Assembly: GCA_030704615.1 (NCBI GenBank)
Contig: CM060734.1
Location: 11,842,001-11,906,000 of the forward strand
Direction: 5' to 3'
DNA from: Takakia lepidozioides
Taxonomy: Eukaryota > Plantae > Bryophyta
DNA length: 64,000 bases
Shown: one piece after another, positions 1 through 11,800 of the stretch
Layout: each line of letters begins with the position of its first letter
How positions within the stretch are numbered: the stretch's first letter is position 1
Made by a program: the position numbers and the translations under genes
The notes under the pieces: model-generated
The model's database searches: none
Seen by the model: only the letters and a program-made list of their open reading frames with translations
What the model was told of the DNA's origin: nothing

Positions 1-1302
1 TCAGAGATAGTCTCTTGAGATAATGCCATGATGGCCCGCTTGCGGGCCACGGCGGAGCCAAGCGGATCGCGGCACTCTTGAAGAAAGAGTATTTCTAGCC
101 CAAACTGAGGGAGGAGGCCGAGGAGTATGTCAAGACATGCACCACATGCCAACAAAACCGAGCGAGTACAAAAAACAAGCGGGGCTGTTACAACCCTTGC
201 CAATTCCAGAGGGGTCTTGGGAAAGTGTCTCGATGGATTTCATGACTGCTTTGCCGCTGTCAAAAGGATTCGATGCAATCATGGTGGTGGTGGATAGGTT
301 CAGTAAAATGGGCCATTTCATTCCCACCAAGGAGACGGCAATAGCACAGGAGACGGGGCGACTTTACTTCGTCCACGTCTTCAAGCATCTTGGACTCCCG
401 AAGGATATTGTCTCGGACCGCGATCCAAAGTTTACAAGTAAATTTTGGAGAGCACTTTGGAAGAAAATGGGGTCGAGGCTCAAGATGAGCACGGCCTTCC
501 GACCTACAACGGATGGCCAAACGGAAAGAGTGAATTCCGTGGTGAAGCAGATTTTGCGGAATTATGTGTCAGCAGGCCAGTCAGACTGGGTGGAGCACTT
601 ACTTAGATGCGACAGAGTTCTATTATAATAATACAAAACACTCCGCAACGGGAGTTTTCCCTTTCGTATTGGTCTATGGAAAAACACCTCTGGTGCCGAC
701 AAGTTGGACCGCCTAGGACGTTGAAGAACCAGCGGCAGTAGCAGTGCTGGAAGAACGCGAGCGTTTGTTGGAGTTCGCAAAGTACAACATTGCCAAAGCT
801 AGGAAACGGAATGAATGGCAAGCAAATCAGAAGCGGAGGGAAGTTAAGTTTGAGGCAGGCACGGAGGTCTGGTTGAACATCAAGAATTTTCGACTACCTC
901 CGGAAGTGAGTCCAAAGTTCGTACCTCCGTATGCGGGGCCCTTTCGGATCCGGAAGGTTATGAATGAGGATGTGTAAGAATTGGAGCTGCCGGCAAACAG
1001 CAAGGTGCATCCAGTATTCCACGTTTCCCTTTTGAAGCCTTACTTCAAAGATGAAGCGCGTCCGAATCGGCATCAAGTATTGCGTCCGCCACCTGTGCTG
1101 TTGGATCATGAAAATGAACCTTGAGTACGAGGTGGAGGTAGTGCTTAAGTCGAGTTCAAGAATCGAGAAACGGAGTATCTCGTGAAATGGAAGGGCTATC
1201 ATCAAGTGGAGGCAACTTGGGTGCGTGCCTCAGAAATGGGAAACACATCCGAGGCGGTTGCAGCTTTTGAAGGGCGATCTCAAAAGCGAAAGAAGCGTTG
1301 AT
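1..1302 (+). pseudogene. pol: pol C-terminus (integrase + chromodomain) with stops and frameshifts
   Basis: ORFs 137-628 and 744-977, followed by HPVFHVSLLKPY and a chromodomain in shifted frames. Confidence 0.9.
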
Positions 1303-2541
1303 AGGGACATCAACCTTGGATCGTGGGGGAGGAAATGCATGCTTAGTCCGGCTTAGCTAGCTCAGGAATCCGATTACAAAAACTTGTGTTGTACAAATTT
1401 TGTTTATAAATGAAATGGATTCCAAATGTTGTGCGTCCTATTTTATTTGGAATGGTGATGCATGGTATGGTTGGCTAGTGTGTAGAATGCATGCTAGCTT
1501 ACAAAAGTGGGAGAGGTAAATTGGATTAATCGTGTGTTTGCGCAGTGCCGAAATCGGGTGACTCCCATCCAAGGGGCAAAGAAACTTGCGCCTTCTTTCG
1601 GAGTTCACGTGCTAGTGCGCACCTGGCGTGTGCGTGTACTATAACTGCGCTACCGAGGGGGTTGCCTTGTAGTGCAGGCTAACGCGGAAGCTACGTGCTT
1701 CCGTTCACGTACTATAATCGTGTAGCCTCGGGACGAAGTCGTAGTGTGGCTTCAGCGTGTTCCCGTACCTCAGGCCAGCATTCCAAGGCGGACCCAATTG
1801 TAGTGATTGGGGCGCACGGTTGGTTCAAGGTTATCTTCCTAGTCAAAAAGGGTTCAAGGTGAACCCTTGCTCAAGATGTTGCCAAAAAACGGCATCATGA
1901 GCGGTCGCAAGCAATGTTGTTGCAATAAGGCGATTCAATCCTTGGGGAGGATCGTTCCTTGGCCTTGAAGTGGGCCAAGAAGAGTGCACTGGATGGAGCT
2001 TGAGAGGCTCCACCCTTGGCCGGGACTTGGAGGAAGTCGGCCGAACTAGCTAGTGGAGAGTAGAGTCAAGTGGGGGTTTGGTTCTTTGCCATGGGACGCC
2101 ATGGTACAGAAACAAACTCCTTGATGTGGGACGCCACAACTTGGATGTTAGTATTTACCCGCTAGGTGTTTGAGCAGGCCTCTGAAAATGAGTCCTAAGC
2201 GACCAGGGTTGTTTAGGGCTTCTTGTAATTGTGAGCCAAGGGTGCGGGCGTATGAGATGATGAGGGGACTAGAGCCTATGCCATAGCTATCTCATGGGAG
2301 TTGGGTGAGAGCGTTCGGGGTGCTAGTGGATAGGCCACATATATGTTGGTGAGTTGAACAACATTTTTATCAATTTGTTTGATGTCTGGTAAAGAGAAGG
2401 GGGCGGCATGAAAGGCGTATTGTACTTGGGTTTTGAGGACTGTGTTGATGATGGCAAGCTTGGGGCGGATGGCAACCGGAGCTTTGTTGGTTAGTTTAGA
2501 GAGTGTTGTGGATTTCTTTATTTTCCATGTGAGTGAGGGGA
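1..2541 (+). mobile_element. Ty3/Gypsy chromovirus (Galadriel/Tcn1-like), 3' part: integrase, chromodomain and long 3' non-coding region; 3' LTR absent
   Basis: Integrase core (WESVSMDF, VVVDRFSKMGHF, IVSDRDPKF, TDGQTERVN), GPY/F motif (YAGPFRI) and chromodomain (EYLVKWKGY...ATW). Near-identical to the reverse complement of 33843-34240. A purine tract gagtgagggga at 2531-2541 is a possible PPT. Confidence 0.85.
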
Positions 2542-4203
2542 CCAATGCCAAGATGTAACCATGGTTACATTCATGCCTAACAACACTTTGGCTGAAGCAG
2601 TAGGTACTGCAAAGAAATTGGAACTTGGGTTCCACCAGAGCAGAAGCAATGATTCCAAGGATACGTTGGAAGAGGAAGACTCTGATGAGGAAGAAAAACC
2701 CAAGCCAAAGAAGAAGGAGCTGATTGATAAAACCACCTTGGACCAGAAGATAGCAGAGGCTATCAAGAATTTTAAAGACGAAGGACCAAGAAAGGCAATA
2801 TGGTGTCACAAATGCGGAACTGCAGGACATCTGGCAACAGAATGCCATATGAAAGACAAATATTGTGATATTTGTCATATTAACAACCATAATACCAGCC
2901 ATTGTATTTACAATCAACGGGCCAAGAAGAGTGGGTACACACGTGAGGCGGGGGTACACCAAGTCCAAGTCCGACGGGGAGGATCGGATGGATCACGACG
3001 ATACAACATAGGTAATCGTTATCAGAGGCCACGAGATGACTATCCACCACGGGATAGAGAACATCAACCCAAAAACAAAGAAACCGCAAGATGCCACTAT
3101 TGCAAGAAAAATGGACACTGGAAACACGAATACTAGGTGCAACTCAAGCATGAGGCAGAATTGGGAAATATGGAAGCCGGACCAAGTGTAATCGTGAATG
3201 TGGTAACCCCTGTAGTGGATATCCTTGCGGTAACCCAAACTCAGGCCAAGAAACAGAAACCTCAAGATAAGGAGTCTGAATCCAAAAAAGACCGGAAACA
3301 ATATCCAGAAAGTGCAGCATGGCAGGAAGAAAAAAGCTTACATCAGGAGGTAAGCAAAGCCATAGCTCAAATGCAAGAAGGAACCTATATACCTTCTGGA
3401 GATCCAACTCCAGATAATCAGATCAGACCAACCACAAAGACCACGAATGAAACCACAGAGACAACATTGGCTGACGTAATATGCCAGACCAAAGACCCAA
3501 ATCACCATTGGACAAGTACTGAAAATTGCCCCACACTGCAAGAAAACCTTATTTCGAGCGATTGAGGCTTTGACCACTACACCAAAACAGAAGCCAGCAC
3601 CATAGGTTTACACAATTAAACCCATGATTATAGCACAAGTTCCAGACTACAATGAAGGGAGTGAATATAATGACATAAATAATGAAGAAGTCACTGGGAT
3701 TGGGGCATATGGAACCTGCTCCATTCACGGTACGAATGGCAGATCAACGGAAAGTACAGCCATTGGGTATCATCAGACGCCTAGCAATGGAAGTGGCAGG
3801 ATTGGTATACGAAATATCAGTGACCATTCTCAGAATGGAAGACGTGGCAGAAGGGTATTCGTTACTACTTGGAAGACCATGGTTAACCAAGCCCAATCTC
3901 ACCACGATTGGGGAAGTCAGACTCTCACGATCAAGAAAGGATCAGAACAAGTCACGATCACCACGAAGCAACGAGGTACGATTCCACGAGAGAAACAACC
4001 TTGCCTAGTGGAAGAGAATGACTGGTCCAGTGGACTGTCGGATGAAGAAGAAGCTACAGTGTATGCAGCGCATCCACAACTAGAACCTATTGGTCAACTA
4101 GTGGTCAAGAATACCACGACTGTAGGATGCCACATGGTGAACACCCAAAGGGAAACAAGCAATCCAGTAACGGATGATCCTGAGGAAGATGCCATGGACA
4201 CAC
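2542..4203 (+). mobile_element. Second Ty3/Gypsy element, 5' part: gag zinc knuckles and aspartic protease (decayed)
   Basis: CHKCGTAGHLATEC, CDICHINNHNTSHC and CHYCKKNGHWKHE knuckles; protease C-half FTVRMADQRKVQPLG...LLLGRPWL. The reading frame resumes at 13892. Confidence 0.85.
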
Positions 4204-4811
4204 CCCGGGGAAGTCACTCTCTATCACCTGTATAGGGCATGTGAGATAAATGGGTATTTTGTTGGGGGGTATTACTTTTATTTTGGGTATTTTTTAGTAT
4301 CCTATAATTACATAATTTTGTAATATGGTGAATTTTTAATATATTTTATTGTTCTAAACAAATATTAAACACCGTATATTAATAATACGATTAAACTTTA
4401 GGAGGCTGGGGGGCGCGATGGCGGAGCTGCGAGACAACCTCCAACGGTCATTTGAAAACTTCTTCCATCTCTATCAGATCCTATCGACTTCCTGCTTACT
4501 TTACTTACATCAAATAGCTAATACTTCCAAGCTTAGCTTTCAAATGATATGCACATTACAAGTTTTTGTTTGGTTCTCTTTCAATACTTTCTTCTACAGT
4601 GTTCATCCTAACACCTTGCTTCCTTTCATCTCCATCTTGGCTACTTGCATCATCCCTAATCCTCCCACCACAGCCGTCTTTAGCTTCTAAGCTGTTCGCT
4701 TTCTCCAGTGACGTTTCCCGCCTATACCCCCCTCCTCTACTTTTTCCGCCAACCCTCTCTTAAGCTCCATATCCCTCACAACCAGCGGAGTCCTTAAAAC
4801 ACCCTTCTGTT

Positions 4812-7367
4812 TTGTTAACTATGGCTCCCGGAAGCAACCAGCTGCATAACAACGAGAAGATGGCGACTCGTGGGAACATCAGAGGGCAGCAGAGTCAGCA
4901 CAAAAGACCCACCCCGTCGTCTGGTACGGGTTTTTTTATGGCACACCAAGCTCGATCCAGGATAGCTTCTGCCAGTGGTTCAGTAAGACATCCCTCCCCT
5001 CCCACTCCCACCAACCCTCTCTCTCCTCCCCAACCACTTCTCAAAATGCCCAGGCTAAACTCTTTCATTCCAAACTTTCCGAACCCTCCAATTTTGGAGG
5101 AACCAACAGTAGACTGGGAGGAAAAGAGCGCTCCTAATCAAGATGATCTGGACAAGGACTATGATCAATATGAACATCTCGGAACTGCAAAGGAGAGTCA
5201 CAACAATGGAAGAGACAGGTATCCTCATTCACTTTCCGGGGAAAAAAATAGATAGGGCAACAGTCAGGGATTGGGCCATCAGACACCTTGGCGGTAATGG
5301 AGAATTGAGGCAGCTGTTCTGCCATGCCAAAGGAAGGGGGTTTTTCTCTATCATCTTTGAAACAAAAGAGGCTGCTAATGAGGCTTTGCTGTTTAACCCT
5401 CATACCAAGGGGTTTAATGTCAACATATTTCCGTGGTGGGGAATAGGAACGGAAAGTTGTGGGGCCCCCGCATCGTCTCAGTCCCAAAGATCCCAGATCA
5501 ATACTTGGTGAACTTGGCAGATATTGCAAACCATTTCGGGTCTTATCTTGGACGCTTGGCTGTCTTTGACCCCCAATTGTGCACACACAACCTAAGACAG
5601 GACCCAGCATGGAAATCAGTGACTATTGCTTCTCGACTTCATGAAACTGGAAATGCCAAATTTGCCTTGATGATGCCGGATGAGGATATTCTCCCGCAAT
5701 TTGTCAAACTGCCAATAGATGAGGAGGGTAATTACTTTACAATCCAACTCATAGAGGATACCACCTATGCGGCCTGCTTCAACTGTGGCCAGTTGGGACA
5801 TCTCGGAATCGACTGCCTGGCAGCCAAACGCAAACGAACCCAGCCCATGACCCCATCCAAACCAAGGAGACAAGAACAAGGAGGGGGCACAGAATCAGCA
5901 GCGGATCACTGGCAGGAATTACAGTCTCCCACACCACAACCCGGGCCTTCAACAATTCCCGGAGGGCAACAAACCCTGCACAATATACCAAATGACCCTC
6001 TACAACTCAGATCATGGCTAAGCCCCGGAAGGGAGGAGACACCCAAGGATCCGATGCAAGAAGAGCTGATGGCCCACCAGCAACAGATGAATGCCATCAC
6101 AAAAGGGAAAGGGAAACTTACGGAAACACAACAGCAGGGGACATCTATCGGCCAAGGAAAAGGAAAGCATCAGGACAGCTCACCCCCAAGAGTAGTCAAA
6201 TTGACACTCCCTACCAGTAATTCCTTCCCCAAAATCACCACTGTAATTGCTTGCAACTCCAGGTTTGCTAACAACTGTCTCCAAATCGGCTCATTCCCAC
6301 ACCTAAACTTGGTGGGATGCTCAGCACTGGAAATTGTCGACTCCCCGAAGGCAGCATGTGTGACACCCTTGATCTTTCGAAAAAGCAAACCCCCAGCTAT
6401 CCTCATTACATCAGACGACTGGGAAACGGTCAAATCATTATGGATAACATCAGCAGATCTCAAGCATTTCCTGCAAACCAACCCACCCAATATCAATTCG
6501 CAAATTCTCTTCAAGGGGAAAATTCAGCAGTTCTTCCTCAAGCAACAAAAACATTATTCACTTTCACCCCTCACCAAAATCTCATGGGGGGCATACCTGG
6601 AAGACTATCCTGGACTTAGTGTCAAACCTTCAACCCACATTCTAGCTCTCATGGAGGATGCAGAAATTTATGCCTCTCCTCCACCGATCGAGGTCATCTG
6701 GACTTACGAGGATCTGCTCTCAGCCCCCAGAGGGAGTCACAGTTTGCAACTTTGAAATCAGGATACCTTGATAAATGGGTTTCAGTTGCTGGGAGCCCAC
6801 TTGGACTCTGAAGTGGATGGGGAAAATTACATAATGGAGGTACAAAGGACAAGAGATCATATTAACGGCACCAGGCGGACAGATCATTCTCACTCTTCCT
6901 CAGACTCCCAGGTGGAATCTTCTACGCAAGAGGGGAATCACAACATGATGGACTCGGTGAAAGGAGCCAAACAAGTATCCTCCCCAACAATCATTGACAC
7001 AACCCAGGCTAACTCGCTGCTGAACTCTCAAGTGACTTCTCCACCCAAGGTCTTAACTCCCTCCTCTCCACCTTCCCCAAACAAGGTACCATCCTCTCTC
7101 TCACCCTGTTTCATTTATCAGGTTTTATCTGGGAACCCTGCTAGATGCTGGATGTTATGCGAGAAAGAGAAATACGTGGGGGGGAAGCAGGTCAGACATA
7201 GGCTACCAGTGTTTGATTTGCCAGAAAACATACCCTCTGGGACTCTTCCCTCCAATGGCTCAATCAGTGACAGATACCCAGGTTTTAAGGATCTTTTCAA
7301 CGCGGTGTTCTTCCCGGCTGAAGCCTCGGTTTTATCTGTAACCATCTCCACAGTGTCTACAGAATAA
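4812..7367 (+). pseudogene. LINE ORF1 (long, frameshifted, zinc knuckle)
   Basis: Overlapping ORFs 4812-5255, 5143-5511, 5433-6755 and in-frame 6768-7367; GFFSIIFETKEAANEAL RRM-like segment. Confidence 0.7.
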
Positions 7368-7760
7368 TTCCTTTCATCCCATGAGCTACCCAAAAACACA
7401 AAACCAAGAGGGGTTTTCATACTCATCCAGAACAAAACTCGCAAGCCCCCGGACAATCATGTCTGGAAAAATTCCCTGCGACCAAGAGACAGTAGGGTTA
7501 AATTCTTCTACCACACTTCTAGGCTATCAAATGAGACTGTCAGTCTCAGCCTACCACGACCTGCCAATGATCTTTAACCTCCATTCCTGGAATATAAGAG
7601 GGTTGGAAGCAGACCCAGCTTCTCTAAAAAGGCTGAAAATCAAAACCTAGCTGACTCCCTTCCTTGCAAATCATTCCATCATATTTCTGCAGGAGCATAA
7701 ACTAGATCAAGGGAAAATAGATAGTCTCTCTGATTATCTATGGCCATTAGCCAACTCCTT

Positions 7761-7812
7761 ATGGAAACCCACTTCCATGGAAACCCACTTCCATGGAAAC
7801 CCACTTCCATGG
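7761..7812 (+). repeat. 16-bp tandem repeat ATGGAAACCCACTTCC x3 frameshifting the endonuclease
   Basis: Three perfect units read directly. Confidence 0.9.
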
Positions 7813-8065
7813 GAACGAAAGGAGGTACTGCAATACTTCTTTCACCTACCATTCAACCATTCCTCACAACGCAGGACACCTGGCTCCCCGGAAGATTGCA
7901 ATTTTGTGCCTTATCCCTACCCAACTCAATAGGTCCGATTGGGCTGGTGAATATCTATGCACCCAACAATTCTACTGACAAAGTAGAATTTTGGAACACT
8001 CTCAACACAAAAAATGATGGAACAACCTACTATAGACAGTTGGATAGTGTTCGGAGATTTTAATA

Positions 8066-8812
8066 GGGTGAATGTAGGGTTGACTGGACCAAAATGGACG
8101 TTACCAGCACAGTTTTAGATGACTGCAATTGATGGTGTCATCAATTGAATTTGAATTAACTCATTTAAATCAGAAAATATATATGTCATTGGATTCCTAG
8201 CTTCAATACGCACCCATAACAACTCTCCAATCATGAATCCGATAAGAAATGACTCCGCTATGGACTTTTGAACATCGTCATTGTGGACTGTTACCGCAAT
8301 GAATGGAATTACAATGGACTCAAGTTCTCCTATGTGCCATTGGTGAATTCCATTGAAATTTGGACATAAGGTGGCCATTTTGGTCCACATCAAAGGTATG
8401 GATTTGAAGTGGCAAAATCATTTGTCATTTGACTCATATGGACTAATATATGTCAAAAAAATAGGCGTTTTTTGAAAAGTCCGTAGCTCATCTTGTTTTT
8501 TGGATTTTGGGTGTCATTTTTTTTCTAGAAGTATAAAAACCTATAATCTTCAATGGCTAGGTGTCATATTGATTTTTTTTTGTAAACTCTAATTTTCAGT
8601 TTTCTAATTTCTCTAAATAATATACTAAAATATTTAATGAATTATATCTTTAATATTTGGGGTAAGACGCTTTACTAAATATGTTCAGTATACCATTATC
8701 TATCACTTAAAAAAAAAAAATTGGGATAGTATCCTCAACTTTTTGTTTTTGGTCATGGATTTTCATGGAGTAGGATCTGCCGTTTTTGGTCCACTCAACC
8801 CTGCAACTGCCC
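8066..8812. mobile_element. MITE / non-autonomous DNA transposon with ~29-bp TIR and 4-bp TSD (AATA)
   Basis: gggtgaatgtagggttgactggaccaaaa and ttttggtccactcaaccctgcaactgccc; aata at 8062-8065 and 8813-8816; excision restores GDFN-MVEM. Confidence 0.85.
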
Positions 8813-11800
8813 AATATGGTGGAGATGCAAGAGGATAGAAGAGGCACAGGGTTATTTACCTCAAACCCAGAAGAAATGGACCAGTGGTTCAACTGCATGC
8901 AAACATACAACCTCAGAGAAGCAGTGCCAATCTTTGGACAGTCATCAGACATCACCTTTACCTGGTCCAATAACCGTTCTCTTGCAGATCTAAGTATGGC
9001 TTGTCTTGATAGGGATTACCTTTACCTTGACCTAGTTCAATATGCTAAGAGAGCCCCTCAAGAACCAATACCCTTATGCTTTGACCATACACCAATTACC
9101 CTCTCCCTGACCCTACCGGACTCTTACAGAAGGGGTAGAGGCCTTTACAAAATAAATAACCTCCTCCTTAAGCTGCCAAGCTTCAAGCAAGGCCTGATAA
9201 GGGGTACAACTCAGGCGGGAAGTGACCTCCTGGACCCTACGCATCTCTTCCTGGTCAAGCTGAAGGCTGTCAATATTGAAAGTCAGAGGATGAGTCAGGA
9301 ACTTGCAAGCATCAGAAAGAGGAAGGTCATGGCCTTAAATAAATGCCTCAAAGTCTGTCAATTGAAAATAGAATCCACTCGCTGTGATGAAGACACATAC
9401 CGTACATATGTCCAAGCCAGAAACAACCTTGACATTCATCACAAAATCCAGGAGAGGAAGTGGAAATTGCAGGCGGGTGTCAACTGGTCCACAAAAGGAG
9501 AAAAAATGAATAAATATTTTTTCGACAAAACAAGATTGAGACGTGTCTCTCAAACAATTTCTGAGCTCATTGAACAGCCATCAGGCACTTCAACTTCTAC
9601 ACCAAAGGCCATGGCCATGCTGGCTGGCAGGCACTTCCATAATCTTTTTCATAGTGACCTCGACTCCCTGCAACCAACAGAAGAACAAACATCATTTTTG
9701 ATACACACCCCTACCCTGCTGTCCCACCAGTTTGCTTCCCAACTAGAAGGAGAGTTCACAGATATAGAGCTGGGTGAAGCATTATCCAAACTACAGAACA
9801 ACAAATCTCCAGGCATAGACGGTTTATTAGTGGAATTTTACAAAGCATTGTGGCCGGAAATCTCAAGGGATTTCACTGCAATGGCAAACCACGTGTTTCA
9901 ACGGGGACACATGCCCCCCATTATGACACAAGGAGTTATAACCTTACTCTATAAAAAGGGTGATAGAACAAACATATCCAATTATCGGCCCATAACCAGC
10001 TTACAAGATAGTGGCGAAGGCATTGGCCCTTAGATTGCAGCCTCTCCTTCCAACTATAATTAGGCCAAATCAAATAGGGTTTATCAAGGGTAGATACATA
10101 TTGGATAACCTCCTTCTAGCCCAGAAAATTCCAAACTTCGCTGCTAGAACAAACCAAGCTATTGCCCTCCTCCTTTTAGACTTTGAGAAGGCTTTCGATC
10201 GTGTTGAATGGTCATACCTGCTGGCAACCCTGGCCAAATTGGGTTTTCCCCAATCCTTTTGCAAATGGGTCAGGATATTACTCACCGATGCATCTAGCAT
10301 AGTCTCAATCAATGGCCATTTATCAGCTTTGTTCCCTCTGCAGCGTTCAGTGAGGCAAGGGTGTCCCCTCTCACCGTTCTTGTTTCTGGTGGTAGCAGAT
10401 ACACTAGGCTATATGCTACAACAAAATCAGTTTATAAAGGGCCTCAGGGTCACTAACTACATTACCAGGCAGTACAATTTCTTGGTAGACTCGATGTTCG
10501 TTGATGATACCTTTTTAATGTTGCAAGCCACCCCGGAAAACTTGGACCAGGCAGGGTTTACCTTGAATAAGTTTTGTGCAGCATCTGGATTCAAAGTAAA
10601 CTGGAATAAGACTTCAGATTTACTGGTAGGTGACCTCTCAAAATCCACTATGGGATCCCCGCCCTCATGGGGAATGGATCAAGGGCTCAGGTGGCTCAAA
10701 CTTGGGGAAACCACCACACTACTGGGCTACACATATGGAATTGGACTGACAGACCAACAGATTTTTGCTGCCACAATGACCAACTTAAAGAGGAAATTGA
10801 CTTACTGGGGTTCAAAACATCTCTCAATTACAGGAAGAGCCCTTGTTGCTAATCAGATTCATTCAGCTGGATTATGGTATTATGCTTCTTCCTGGCGCCC
10901 AAGCTCTAAACAGATTCAGGAAATCAAACGCCTACTTAGGAACTTTGTTTGGGGAGCTGAGACCTCATCCCAAAACAAACGACCGTTTGTAGCTTGGGCT
11001 CAAATCTGTTTACCCAAAAAAAAGGGGGGTTAGGGATACTCGATCCAGAAACAAAGATTGTAGCTCTTCTTGGCAAATGGATACCCAGGTTTCTAGGGCC
11101 GGAGGGGGGATGGTGGAAATTCTTGGTCTACGACCACATTACAAAATCCTCCCCTCTCAAGAATACCCAATGGAGCCCTTCCCTACGTTGGCTCACTCAA
11201 GGATTTCATCTTAAGACAGTGGGATCTGCTCTATGGTCCAACATCTGGTCAGCCTGGGGGCGGCTAAGGAAACTGCTTGTAAAAGCCCATCCAAGTACCT
11301 TCTATGAAGTTAAGAGACAACACTTGTTTCTAAACGACACTCCTCTGACCCCTTCTCAGAAAAACCAGGCAAAAAGGTGGTCCAAATGGGATTGCCTTGG
11401 CATCAGACAAATTCATAACATATGGTCAGGGATTGGTTTCATATCTCTACAATCTATGGCTCAAACTGTAGGCCTCGCAAGGGCCACAAAAGGCCATCAA
11501 CAACTTGTTCAATCTGTACCAGTGCAGTGGTTGGCCACCCTTTCCGCAGGCCCTCCAGAACCAGTCTCAAAATCCTGGGCACTCATCATACTTCACAACC
11601 AGCTTACCATTGTTTTTGTAGATGACATATCCATAAATGACATATTGTTCACACATTCGCCATCAACACCACCTCCCTAAGACTCACACTTACCTCTACA
11701 GAACCTTTGACAATCCAAACTATGCCTCTCACCCCAATCCGTGTCTGCTGCTGGACAGCCACGGATAAGGGAATGAATCCCCAGCCACCCCTCACTATCA

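Noticed and set aside
2276-2968. 230-aa minus-strand ORF and similar long antisense ORFs over gag, pol and LINE regions
   Set aside because: Shadow frames of retroelement coding sequence with no independent motifs
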